A stretch of DNA of 64,000 nt, taken from Takakia lepidozioides. Lineage: Eukaryota; Plantae; Bryophyta. Positions 1 to 13,000 of this stretch are shown one piece after another (position 1 is the stretch's first letter; the number at the start of each line of letters is the position of its first letter). The DNA lies in contig CM060734.1 of assembly GCA_030704615.1 (NCBI GenBank), positions 19,530,001 through 19,594,000 on the forward strand. The letters run 5' to 3'. A program made the translations under genes and the position numbers. The notes beneath the pieces were generated by a model, which was given only the letters and a program-made list of their open reading frames with translations, ran no database searches and was not told the DNA's origin.

Positions 1-548
1 AAGCCCGACCACATCACGTTTGTGTGCATTTGCAATGTGTGTGCAAACCTGTCAGCATTGGAAAAGGGCAAAGAGGTCTATGGCGACATTGTCAGATCTG
101 CAATTGTATCAAATGTCATTCTGAACAATATCCTCGTGGACATGTATGAAGGGAGTGTTCGACGGTATAGCTGAACGAGATGTGCTGTCGTGGAGTGCAA
201 TGATTGCAGGATATGCACAGCAAGGGCGCGGGATGGAGGCTTTGGAGACCTATGAGCAAATGATGTGCGAAGGGGTGAAGCCCGCACTTTGCATTGCATG
301 ATATTGAGGAAGAGCTTAAAGAATCGTCTCTTTGCCACCACAATGAGAAGCTGGCCATTGTTTTTGGGCTTATCAACACACCCTCTGGGATGTCTTTGGG
401 GATCATCAAGAATCTTCGGATGTGTGGTGATTGCCACACAACCACCAAATTCATCTCAAAGATAGCTAAGCAAGAGATTGTTGTACGGGATGCCAACCGC
501 TTTCACCACTTCCAAAATGGTGTTTGTTCTTGTGGGGAGTATTGGTGA
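1..548 (+). pseudogene. 3' end of PLS-class PPR-DYW RNA-editing factor, disrupted
   Basis: Frameshifted L/S/P motifs (KPDHITFVCICNVC.., DVLSWSAMIAGYAQQGRGMEALETYEQM). These are joined out of frame at about 284 to a DYW domain: [47 protein letters not shown]. The E domains and PG box are missing. Confidence 0.9.
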
Positions 549-939
549 AATGAAATGCTTGTCATCTTATTGAATGTATTGAACTCTGTCAGCTGCGAGT
601 CAGGTTGGACTCCAACAGTGGCAGCAAAGGCGCACGAAATTTCTTTTTGGAGAGAAATTCTCAACGGTAGGTTTTGAACATAATTGGACCTTGCGAAGGT
701 TGAAACTGTAGAACAAGTTCAGAAACTGTCCTAGTGGATGAATAGAGGTGCAGTGACTAAGGTCTTGAAGGTCTTCAAGAGGGTCACTCTCTGATGAAAA
801 TACCAAGGACTATATATCAGAAAATGAAAACTTTCTTCAGGCCTCTTTGCACATCGGGCATTGACAATGTCCCTTTCCTCTCTGCATCTGATTATTATTC
901 AAAGTGAGATTCCACAGCAAGTTTTATCGAGGGCAAATA

Positions 940-1247
940 GAATTTTTTTAATTAATTTATTAGATTTTATTCTATTTTAAAATGAATAAACTTGATATAA
1001 TATAAAAATATACATATACATATTTGAGGGTATTTTTATAATGATTGAAAATGAAAATATACATACAGAAGGGGGTACTTTTTAAAAATTACAAATTTCT
1101 ATATATTTACAGGAGGGGGTTTTATAATCTTCAAAATGTATGTACAGAGGGGGTATAAATGATCCAAGGACCCGTATACAGGGGGGTTTTTTATTAGGCG
1201 GCGAACGCACGTGATACAGACATTTTATAAAGAGTGCACCCCCCAGG
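940..1247. repeat. AT-rich segment with about 5 dispersed (CA)GRGGGGGT(A)TTTT motifs; probable DNA-transposon terminus
   Basis: Repeated G5-T-tract motifs at about 1025-1195, ending in AGAGTGCACCCCCCAGG. It lies next to a transposase remnant. Confidence 0.4.
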
Positions 1248-1449
1248 TTCTCACTTTAGTTTTGGTTGCTTGTTTGCAGGAAATCCAAGAATGGCGGGGG
1301 AAGTGAAGTCATATTGTCAGGTTGGTGTTCAAGAGCCTTCAAGAAGGTGATTTCACGGAGTCATACCATCTCGAGGCGCACTCCAACAAACAGACTAGTT
1401 AACCTCAGTAGCTTCAGGACCCTGAAAAGCACAAGCTCAAATTTCCTTT

Positions 1450-2700
1450 CGTCATGGAAGTAGGAAGGGTAAGGATACGAGATCGAAGAGTTGAATGCCC
1501 ATGCAAGATCTGCATTGTTATAGGTGGAAGAATGGTCACGGCAACAACTGCCGCAACACATATGCAGAGGCAAAAGACATCAGATCGTCTTTTTCGTGTG
1601 CGGGGGCAGACTGCTGCGGATCACATCGAGACACAAGAGAACCGGCTGCCACATCAGGGTTCGGTTCCTGAGGTTGAGGACACGGAAATGGGCTTAGATG
1701 AGGTTAGTGAGAATCCCTTACATCAAGGTCTTGATCAAGTGGCTGACCTCTTCCAGTAGTAATTGTTCAACAAGCTTTACTTCGTCAGCTTATGCATGTG
1801 CAATCAGTTTGGGATAGCCATGCTGCACCTATACAACAACAAGAATTCATGTTGGAACAACTCTTTGGAGGGTTCCAAGTGCGCGGTGGAGCTCAGGCTC
1901 ATTTGGAGAAGCAACCTCTCGAGCTTTTGATGTCACAGCTACCAGAGGATTGGGACAGAGATCTCGGTGGATTTCAAGCACCCACATCTTGGAGGCAGCT
2001 GATGAACCTATGATCAATTAGGGATGGTCACACCTGAGAGATGGCGCATGTGCGTTGGCACTACCGCACTTGAGCATGAAAGTCTTGTGTTTCCTCCGAG
2101 CAATGAGGACTGCTATAGAACTGGGAACGTTCAACAATGCCAATGTGGGATCCACAAATGGGATTGCGACCAATGCGCCCAGTCTTTCTGTGATGACATC
2201 TAAGTTTATGGAGACATCGCGCGAGGTAGAAGGGGAAAGCAGTCCATGAGGTCCCAGATAACATCGAAGATTTATGGGATGGCGAAAAATGGAGGATTTA
2301 TCAAGACTTTTGGAATCCCGAAATAGAATGGGAGCTTCTAGTCGTGTGTCCAAATAGGAACTGCAAGATGAGCTATAAAGCTTTTCCAAGAAAATGTACC
2401 CATCTCCTTGATGGGTGGGACCCTGTTGGGTAAGTGTATGACTTTCAATGTTGGAGATGCAAAACACGTGTGGTGACACTCAAGAGTATGTGCAAGGTCT
2501 GTTCTACATAACTTCCTCATGAATATGCTCTTCATTAGTAACGTGTGTTATTTATCTACAAGTCCTTGAAATTGGTTCAGAAGAATGGTGCAACAACGTG
2601 TGGTAATTTGTTTACTGCAACAAAGTACAAAGCCCTGGAAATTTCTTCCAACACGACCGCAACAAATTTGTAAGACGAGCTGAATTTTAAGCGAGCCTAG
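1450..2700 (+). mobile_element. Degenerate CACTA/EnSpm-like transposase remnant
   Basis: CPCKIC near 1495. At about 2200-2430 a stop-interrupted frame reads LSLWRHRAR*..PDNIEDLWDGEKWRIYQDFWNPEIEWELLVVCPNRNCK. The D-x-WDG-x-x-W motif resembles EnSpm-type transposases. Confidence 0.5.
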
Positions 2701-2724
2701 AAACCAGAAAATCTTAGAAAACAG

Positions 2725-2804
2725 CTGGAGTTCCATCATGATACATTCTTAGTCGTCCGTGATGATAGAATCATACAGCCTAACTATTTGTCTGCAACGG
2801 TATC
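2725..2804 (+). mobile_element. Short RTEX-like LINE fragment cut by the adjacent LTR
   Basis: ACATTCTTAGTCGTCCGTGATGATAGAATCATACAGCCTAACTA aligns with the LINE copy at about 13748-13795. It stops exactly where the LTR begins at 2805. Confidence 0.7.
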
Positions 2805-4115
2805 TGTTAACCGCTGGTTTATGACTTAGACAAAACATGTTATCAGCACTACTGCCCCATTTCCCAAGACATGCAACAGAGGTTGTCCGACGGTATGCTT
2901 TCAGAAACGATTACCAAGTAATCGTTTTAAGGATATCTAAACCATGGACATCGTATGAATCAATATCTCAGGTTGCTTAATCCTATTGATTAAGCCCAAC
3001 CTACAATCTCTTTGGCCTAAAAGATCTTAGTCGAAAAGACTGAAGCCTCTTTGTTCATATAATCAGATGGTAGTCAAGACAAAACAAGAGCTATTATGAT
3101 ATGATACACATTCTCACCATCTCATGTTCTCTCATAATGCACATTCTCTCCATCTCACGTTCACTCTACACAGAGATACTTCGAATAGCATGGCTTTACT
3201 TCAGAGTTCCTCACATCATCGCAGAAGTACACATCGAATCACTCTGAGTCCACCGAATACACACTGATCACTGATACCTTCTAAGTTGTGTGCAGCCTTT
3301 TTATACTATGCTCGAAAGAGCCATTACAGCCTGCAGTCGTTAATGACCGTTTGCCTAACTGCCTACGCAAACTAAAGGGTTTGCTAAAACAATGGCTCGT
3401 TGTAGTGGTCGTGTGCCATAGTGGTACACGGTCCACTACTTCCTCTATTAGTAAAAGCCGATGCTAACGTGGCCGTGTGATATCGTGGTTCATGGCCCAC
3501 GGTTGCTACACTACCCACTACTGCTCCCGTGGTAATGTACCCTTGTTCCGCCATTTGCTAAGTACCGCATACTTAGCCTTTTCTGCCCGTGACCAGGTAG
3601 TGTACACCAATCACTACCCGGTATGTCCCATCATGACCCTCGCTGTCTGGCCCTCGTAGCTTAGCCGTTATCATTTATTCCCCCCCCCTCTTTTGAAATT
3701 GTGTCCGCACAATTTCGTCAGTTCTTGTGCTTGCTGTATCTCTTGGGGATGTAGGGTGGTGGCATGACTGTCTACTGGGTAGGAATGCGTCCCAGGATTG
3801 TCGTGGTGGCAGCTTCTTGTTTCTGTTGTCATCACTGTCTGGTTGCTCCCGTGGTTCGTGAGTGGAGCTTTCGTCATCAAGGTGTTCTGCTATTCCGTCC
3901 CCACGTATCATGTCGATTTTGGTGGTCAAGGTTTCTCGGTAGGTTTGCAGCTCCTCCTTGGTCCAGGGTATAATGCTTTTTGTCGTCCTGCTGCCCATTA
4001 ACCAGTTAACAACTTGCGTCCCTGTTTCTCTGAGAGGGTGGTCTCTGTCCAAGACTAATGGTGAAAAGTGGTCTTTCGCCTGGCGCCATGCTTCAGCATA
4101 TAGTGGTCTGTTCAT
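2805..4115 (-). mobile_element. Truncated LTR retrotransposon: 3' LTR (2805-3673), PPT (about 3679-3694) and a short internal segment
   Basis: Termini on the + strand are TGTTAACCG...CCGTTATCA. The minus strand reads AAAAGAGGGGGGGGA just upstream of the LTR. ORF 3675-4115 runs into the PPT (..VRTQFQKRGGE), as Gypsy 3' ORFs often do. Confidence 0.75.
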
Positions 4116-4258
4116 ATATGATGAAGTGCCTGCGACTCTCTCTGGTGGCTGGAATTTGTCTTATAGCCATGGAAGAAGAGAAAAAAAGGAGGAAAGCCCG
4201 AGGGAAGTCATTCGCAGGAGGAACAGAGACCCATGAGTTAGTGCATGTGAGAGGTTGC

Positions 4259-6345
4259 CTGAGCAATTGCTGAGAAGACCATTTGCGAAAGGGCAGCAGT
4301 GTATGCCCCACCAAACGAGGTCCGGCTAGGATGAAGCAAACGTGTGTTGTGTTGCAGACGCCTATGATGAGAGTTCAATAAAAGTGTATGAGCCCCTGGC
4401 ACTTCACCCAGATTTTTCAGTGCACTTATTGCTGAACGAAGCTCCATTCCCCGGACATAAGGCTGTTGGCTTGCATTCCTCAAGTGGTCTACCAGCCTAC
4501 CTCTCCTTTCCAACAAAGCTGACTGCAACAGCAATGCTGCAACAGGGTGAGTGCCCCCAGAATCACCATGGTTAGAATGTCCTTTCACGATCAACCTCTT
4601 ACCTTCACCTAAAGCCACGATTACTTGTTCGAATTTCCTCTCAGCCAATAGGACATCAAGAATATCCGGCAGAGACTGTACACGTCTCTCAAACTCTGAT
4701 GGCTCTGGATCATCCCCTGCGTAACACAATTTGTCCCCACAGGACACTATTCGGTCCGCCATTGGTTTGGAAGCTCCGCCCATTGCTAAACTGTGAATGA
4801 GAGCTGCTTGAGAGCACAACATTGACCACACAGTCAGTGCCTTCTCCTCAAGACCAGATATCTCTCGGGCAGCCCTGTACATGCAGACATTTCGCCCAAG
4901 CAAAGTCAGAATTGCATTGGGTTATTGTATTACACTAAACTGATCTGTCAGAATATTTATCTCTAAAACAAACATTGCACAGCAATAGCCCACTTGTCAC
5001 TACAATATACACATCTGGTAACTAGCACAACTCCTGACCATAATAATAAACGACCAGTGGCAGCCCCCACATTTCGATATGATGACCTCCCCTGGTTCCC
5101 GCCGCCTCCAAAATCCTCAGAAGTGTAATTGATGCAAACTAGGTGATTGCCATTCAAAGGTGTAACCTGTGAGCGGCATGGGCATGGAAAGTGGTAGTAG
5201 GCATTTGCATGCAAGCAAGCATCTGAATCAAGCAAATGGACTCTGAAACTCCCCTGTGTAATGACCAAGTCCTCATAAAGTTCTTACGTGAAAGAACTAG
5301 GACGGATTATGAGATTCCAGGAAAACACTGCCTGAGTAAGGTCAATAGAAGGAGGCTTAACCAAAGAGGGGGAAGAAAGAGAACCGAATGAAGACGACGT
5401 AATTTGTTGTAACACTTCTCCTCATTTGTTCACCAGATGCCTTCTTCAATTCCTTCAGCTCCGCACACAGTGACCGTAGTCCCTGCCAATCTCAACGCTT
5501 ACATTAGAGGTTGACATGAACCCCCCTGCCCAGTGTCAACAAATTCCCAGTTACACAGATTGATATTCTTCCGGACTGAGATTTGTAGTTCTTCCCTATA
5601 TATTGAAATGTCTAGTGGATTTTGCCATGTTTCTGAGAGACGACAATCCATTTGCCTTATAAACTGAAGGACAGCTTTAGTTCCAAAGCAGAAGTTATTA
5701 TCAAATGGACCACTGTCATGCCAAAGGAGAACCAAAATGATGCCACAGTAATAAAGCTGCACACCTTACCCCCCTCCCCAGCACTAGCTATTAAGTGATA
5801 TATTTAAAACACCTAATATCTATCTACCTATTTAGGTCCTTCGGGGACAAGTTAAGAGACAAGAAGAGTCACACAGAAACATCAGCAGTAACTACATGTG
5901 ATGCTGGATAAGAGACCAGGAATGGCCCAAACCTCTTTCATGGCTGCTTCACGCTCAACTCCTGCTGACCTCCTCGGACAGCCAGGAGGACAAATGGAGA
6001 ATTTCCGAGAAACCTAAACCATGGAGACCACCAGCATGACAGATGTATCATAAGGAGACTGCAGGTACTGCTGGGGGTACAGATATTTATTTCGGTGAAC
6101 TCAAGAGAACAATCAAGCCAGGCCATTTTTGTTTGTCATACTTACCTTACGGTGATAGTTTGCAACCCATATAAACTCAGGATGGGTTCTTAAGCAGCGG
6201 TGACTGTGATTGTTGATGTCCCTTAAGGGAATTATAGGATATTCCACATACCACACACACACACACACACCTTCTCGCTTGAGGATTGACACCTGTCAAA
6301 AACATATGCTTGCGGCTCAAAGTCATCCTTCTCAAACACAGACAT
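4259..6345 (-). CDS. EXO84: Exocyst component EXO84 (EXO84b-like), exons 1-3, inverted relative to the rest of the gene
   Basis: Exon 6345-6271: MSVFEKDDFEPQAYVFDRCQSSSEK|gt, with an in-frame TGA 3 codons upstream of this ATG. Exon 5482-5385: GLRSLCAELKELKKASGEQMRRSVTTNYVVFIR. Exon 4874-4259: AAREISGLE..LDVLLAERK..GGAYTAALSQMVFSAIAQ|gc. Intron phases are consistent. Confidence 0.88.
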
Positions 6346-7058
6346 CTCCTTTCAGAAAGACTTATTTTCACCGGCAGTTCCAATTGAGAGGGGTGAAGAC
6401 GAAGCTTCCTGCCAGCCGAGATGACCCCAGAGATATGTCCCCCTGTTTGTGCTTTCCAGTCTGTGTGCATGCAGTAATCCCTATAAGTTAACCCCAACTT
6501 CCTCAATGCATCACTTGAAGAACCTCTCCCTTCCGAATCAACCATCCAGCAACGCATTCTAAGTAATCGGTTGTGATCTTCATTACCTCGTTGCCACCTT
6601 CATTGTGTCTGAGTGCCGCCTGCATCGAGGATGCAAAGGGAGTCCCCCATGGGTCATGACACAAGGTCGAGGACAATGTGGTGAGGGCACCTTCTTCTTC
6701 AACCTATTTCAGCCTGTTTTGCCCTCTCATCGGACTCATCCCTGAATTTGCATCATGTTGAATTCTGTAATTTAGCTTGTTGGGTGGATCTGCATGGGAT
6801 AGCTGAAGGAGCAGGGATAAAGTGTGGGTCCAGTTACAACAACCAAAGGCAATCCCTATCTCTCCCTTCATCCCTAAATCTGAATCCGTATGCACATTAA
6901 ATTCTGCTTCCTGGTTTTGTTTTGCATCAGCGGACAGGATATGTTCAAACCCGTAAGATCATTTTCCAAGGAGGATTGATCTTGTTAGTGGATTGCTGAT
7001 CTCATGTTGATTTGATCCAAAAACGAGGGTGTAGACTGTGTCCTTCAACCTTTTGCAG

Positions 7059-10000
7059 GCTGCAAGGGACTCTGTGACTGTGTTTGGGGAGGTGCCAATG
7101 TATGCATCAGAGCTGGTGGTTTGGGCAGGAAGTGAAACACAGCTGTTTGCTTCTTTGACAAAACAACATGTGCTGTCTTCAGCGGCGGCTGCTGGGATGC
7201 TGAGAGCTGCAGCTGAATGTGTGCAAATTGCCTTGGGCCACTGTTCATTGCTGGAGGAACAAGGCGTGGCAATGTGTCCACTTCTCTCCAAGCTTCTGAG
7301 GCCAAGTGTCGAGCAGGCAATGGAGGCAAATTTGAAGCGGATTGAGGAAAGCGTAGCTGCAATGGTGGCGGTTGATGACTGGGTGCTAACTCTCCCTGCC
7401 ACACTGTTATGTGGTTCATTACGATTTCTGGGGACATTTGGATCGCAAATCTGTAAGCAAGCAGCCAATTTGAAGCTGTCTAGCAGTGGGCATCGCTTCA
7501 ACGTTATGGTTCAGGTCCTCACTCTTTCTTGCTCTCTTGGCACAGCACAGGAGCTCCCCATGCATGTCACACAAACCCCATACTTTCTCTCTACAGAGCA
7601 AATTATTGCTGGGGTGGTCAGTGGAAAGTTCCTCTTGTGCAGCTAATTCTTGGTTCACATGAGATTACTAGTGGGTGCAGGATTTTCCGGAGGATGTCTT
7701 GCCCTTAATAAACATGCAGCTGGTGGGTGCCACCTTTGATGGCTTAAGTTTGGTCTTTGACAACTACATTGATCTACTCATTAAAGCAGTGCCCAGTGCT
7801 GGAGAGCAGGAGAGGATGGTCGACATTGCAGATGATCACACAGTAAGCATACATCTGTGAATCTTGGTTATTTCATGACACTTCCCCTACTTTCTGATCT
7901 AGTTTTAAGGCCTTCTGTGGTGCCCTTTCCCCCGAATGCAACCACAGCCCACATGCCTTCTCCACTGCAGGCTAGACGGTTAGGAGCAGTGTTGGAATCA
8001 ACCTGCCGTTTCTAGGGATTTTCATTGCTAGCCCATAATTAGACAATTAGGACCCCTATGGTCGGCCAAATATACTCTTGTGGGGTTGAACATGAGCCAA
8101 AGATTGTTTTAATCACAACCCTTCTGACAAGTAGAACTCTGTAATGACGAAGTCCTGTCCTGGAGCCTGGATCAGATGCTTACAACCAATGCTCCGGGTT
8201 CCCAGACAAAGGGATTTGCCCTTAAAATGTCATGTGTCTGAGGATTGTAAGGTATTTCAGCATGTATGGAAGTTCTCCACAGCTTCCTAGTTCAATGTTG
8301 AACTGTATCACTACTGAAAAGCCAAACTAGATTCCAAGAGGTAAAAGTTTCCATAAAATTACATCCGCCAGAGGAGATTATAATGAGGTGAAGGGCTGCA
8401 GTTTTTATCCCCAGTGATGTCCATCAAAAACCCTTGGGGTCAAATGCACCCAAGTCACAGCAGTTGTTTTTGAAGTGGGAGCTATCTTTACTAGCCTTGC
8501 ATTGGTGTTCTGACTGAAAATCAATGTGTTGTGTGGCTAGGTCCAAATTGCAGTTATCGAAGCTCAGAGACTCGCGCTCCTGGGCAATGCTTCTGCGCTT
8601 GCTGACGAGCTTTTGCCACAGTTAGCCACTAAGCTGGTGACAGGTGGTGCATCATCATCATTGGCAAGCAACAAAGAGGAAATCTTGGAGGCTGACCAGG
8701 CCCGGCTTCCAGAGCTTAAGGACTGGAGACATAAGCTCCAGAGAGGAGTGGATAGACTCAGAAATCATGTCTGTAGGCAGCATGTATTGCATATGATCTA
8801 CTATGCTGACATGCTAACCCCAGACATATATTTGATTCTCGATACGGATGGCGGAAACCCCTGGTTGGACAAGGATCCAATGCCTTCTACTATTTTCCAG
8901 GTTTGATTTAGTTGCTGAACTTCCTTTGTCTTTGAGCTTTCCTTGAAGACCTGTTTACGTTTCTTGTGCAGAGCTCTCTCTCTCTATGAAGCGCGCTATA
9001 AAACACCATTTCATTTCATTTCTCTTTCTCTCTCTCTTCCATATAAAGTACCATTTCATTTCATTTCTCTTCCATACCTGCACCTGAGTTGCAGGGATAA
9101 GCTCAACCCTGGTGGGTGCAAAACATGTTTCTTTCAGACCTCTTAACTTTGTCTTCAATGCTCTCAACGTGAGCAAGGCTGTGAAGAAATTGCAAAATGG
9201 CAGAGCTGTTGACCTTTCGGGATTATAGAGCGAATTCGTCAAACACGCAAGAGCCACTTCTGACTCTATTTAATGCAAATCTTTTCAATGAGGCAGTGCA
9301 TCACGGCTTCCAAAACGCAGCATCCACCTTGGTTTTCAAGAATGCTGATATGATGAATACTAATTACCGAACAATCGTGATCTTTTCATTGATGGCTAAA
9401 CTGTTGGGGGTGGTCATAGCCCTGGAACTAGAAGATTGGGCGGAATCCTCCGAGCTTAGAGCTATGGGGCAGCAGGTTTCTGCCATAAGCTGTCTACTCT
9501 CGATCACATGTTCACTCTGCAAACTATGGTGGACCAGGCTGTTTATGAGAGAATGGTGTATGCATGCTTTGTGGATTTCTGGAAAGCTTTGATTCTGCGA
9601 GCCAACCTTCTGGAGAGACTACACAGGGTGGTACCTGAGGACATCATATGGGCCACTTTATGCATGTATGGGTCTGTCACTGGCTCAGTCAAGGTGGCAG
9701 GGGAGTTCTCTGAAACCCTGGAACCCCAGCAAGCATCTTTCCTTCAAGGAATGCTTGGGTTTAGAGATTCAGCACCATCTCTGATTTTATATACTGAATT
9801 TGCTTGCTCGTAGCCATATGTTATTGACAAGGGTGCGATCTCACATCCCCAAGTGCCTGCCAGTCTGTGCCTTTATGAATGGTCAGGTCTCCAATTTCGT
9901 TGAGCCACACCGCCTGTCCGTCGCATCCCTACTGCCACAAAATACAGAAGGTCTGGAAATCTCTACCAAATATGACGGCAACAAGCTTATTAGAAGGAGC

Positions 10001-13000
10001 TGATCGACCTTCATGTGACAGAACCTGGAACAATCGTACAACAGAGCTGTAGTTCTGGCGCAACCTTCTTGATCCTCCACATGATAACTCTTATGACCCA
10101 ATTATTGTCTATCACCATCTCTTCTACAGGCATTGGGAGGGTTCCCGGTGGCCTGCAGATAGAGACTTGTAGATAGGACATTCTGGAGCTTGTTGACTGC
10201 TTGTTGACTGCTTGTGCCCAGCTTACACAAGAGATAATAAAGCGGAGATTGAGACTGAAGGAACATTTCGTCTTTCACTGTCCTCTCTACTAGATCCTCA
10301 CTGAGGTCTTTCATTGCAAGGATCAGAAAGGGCCTATGGCTCCTGTGGATGTAACAAATTTATTTCTCCAGGCTACTTTCCGGCAGCGGATGATTGGTGA
10401 AAACGAAGCATGGCACTCCATATACTCTGGGCTGTATTTGACACTCTACCTCGCGAGTACGAGGCAATTTTCACAATCTTCTTTGGACCCAGTCCCTACC
10501 AGAAGACTGGCTGCCGGTGAGGGCACTGTGCATGATTGGAGAAAGGATCCGAAACGTGCTGGTACTACCTCATGAGCAAGTTCCCTGCAAGCTTCAATCT
10601 TGACGGCACTAGTCTCCCTCCTTTCAACCCAACACCAGAGGTTGTATTTACAAGGAATGAGCGGAAAAGGCTAATTTGAGAGGAACTCTGGAAGTTTTAT
10701 GTGCCCCAAATATAGGGCCCAGAGAGACAACTCACCACCCCTCTCAAATTCTACTTAGAACTTCTTTGAAATCAGGGATAATCGGATAATCATGTCCTCC
10801 TACCTCTCTGGGGAATTTCCTGCAGCCCCCTCAGTCTCTTCTGAGTATTTTGAAGATTCAAAGGGCCTTGTGGCTTCTCTGTGGATGTTCAGAAGTTACT
10901 TTCTTCCTTTCTCTGACTAGAGCCTCTTCGCTTCACCTCCTCGTTCCGCTTCGCCGCGCGTGTTGGCGCCCGCTCACGCGCGTGGGCGCCCCAGCCCTCT
11001 CCACCATGTCCTCGTCCAAACAACAACGGACTGGGGACGATGATGGGGTCTCAACCTCGCCTCTCCCCGATACTCTTCTACTCCTTCTTCCTGCCTCGAG
11101 CTCTCAGCATACCTCTCCGTTGCGCCAGTATTCCACTAAGAGTGCAGACATTCAGATCCTGCGAGAGCAAGTGGCCATCCTGCAATCCCGTTGCGTCTCA
11201 GAGGAGACTCTACAGAATTTACTCGCAGCCAAAGACAGGGACATGGAGAATCTACGGGCGGAGGTGGACGTCTTGCGAGCTTCCCTTCTGGAGAGCAACA
11301 CCAAAGTGGAGGGCCTGCTGAAATAGCTCAATTCTACAACAACCACTGCACGTCTCTCTAAATTGGAAGGAGAAGTAAGGGCCTTGACAGAGAAGGACAC
11401 TTCAACTACCCTCATGGCAAGTATCCACCATCAGGTAAAAACACTTTCTAAGGAGCTCGAATCCCACAGGGCTGCGACATCGTCTATGGCTCAAGAGCTC
11501 CAAGCTCATAAGGCGGAGGCTTCTACTTGGGCTAGCATAGTCAAATGAAGCACTGGACCATCCAGCAGCACCTCCCGCATTTTGGAAGAGACAGTCTCAG
11601 CTACCCTTCGAGAAGAACAACAACGGGCTTTCAAAGCCCTTAACATTCGGGTCACTGGGAAGCTTGGGACCCTTGCAGAAGGTGACCCCCTTGAAGCAGC
11701 AACCACCCTCATCCAGCAAAACCTGGCTCTACTACGAGGAGCAAGTGGCATTGAACGGGCTTGGCGTGTAGGAACTCCGACACACAATGTCTTGTTCATC
11801 AGATTTAGGGACAAGGCTGCTCGGGAGATGGTTCTACGTCAGAGGACTCACTTGAGAGGTCACGCCATGTACCTCAATGACGACCTGACCCCCATGCAAT
11901 ACAAGGACATGCGGGCTCAACTCGCTCAGGTTAAGGAAGCTCGAGCACAGGGACACTACGCCGTGTTCTGTGATGGAAGAGTCATCATTCGAGAACAGCA
12001 AAGTTGACCCTCTAACTCTAAATAGGGGTTAGGGCCCCATGAGACCAACTCACGCTCGCATCTGCACATAGGCTCATGGAATTTGCAATGGTTCATTGTG
12101 GAGCCATCCTCAAGGGCTTCTTGATATCCTCACCAAATGTGATATTCTCTTTCTATTGGAAACACATGCATACGAAGGCAAAGAGCCTCCCCGGATTCGT
12201 GGGTATAGCTTTCAGTTAGTCACTCGTCCACGCGCAGGACTCAAAGGCTCTAGTGGAGTAACTTGTTACTATGTTGACTGGCTTCTCCCACATATCTCCT
12301 TCCCATACAAAGACCCATTGGCAAGGTACATTTGGTGTCAGATCAAAGGCTACCATCACCAACCAAACATTCTACTGGTGGGATGTTACTTTGCCCCGGC
12401 TGCATCTCCACACAGTGGCCTCCACATGCGAACTGATTCACCTTATGTTCCACTGGAAGAGGATATAGCCCGTCTCCGTACTCCACACACAGACATATTC
12501 TTGGTTGGCGACTTCAACGCTCGTACAGGTTCTCTACAGGCTCCAACCTTCGACCCCACGGACCCTCAACACATCCAACACTCACAGGGGACCTTGGAGA
12601 GGCAAAGTCCGGACGTCTCTAGCGAAATCACAAGCTATGGTCACCATCTACTTAAGTTTTGCGAGATTCAGGGACTTGTCATCTACAATGGCACGACCAC
12701 TTTCAATCCTCGAGCTAGTTCACCTGCCACACGTACAAAGGCCAGAGCGTGGTTGACTATCTCTTGGGGAGCCCCAACACAATTGATATAGTTAGCTCTT
12801 TCTACATCACGAGGTACCCAGATTCTGTTCACTCTTACGCCTTGGAAGTCTACATCTCAAAAAACCATGGAGTTGGTGTGCCATTGGATGGAGGACCAAC
12901 ACAATCAGATCTCCTCTACACGGATGATGTTGCCCTTTTGGCACAATCTCCTATCTTCCTACAACGCCATCTCGACATCTTGGAACAGTTCTCCAATGAT

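Noticed and set aside
294-548. Stand-alone functional DYW deaminase
   Set aside because: It has no ATG start or targeting peptide and lacks the PG box; it is a deletion product.
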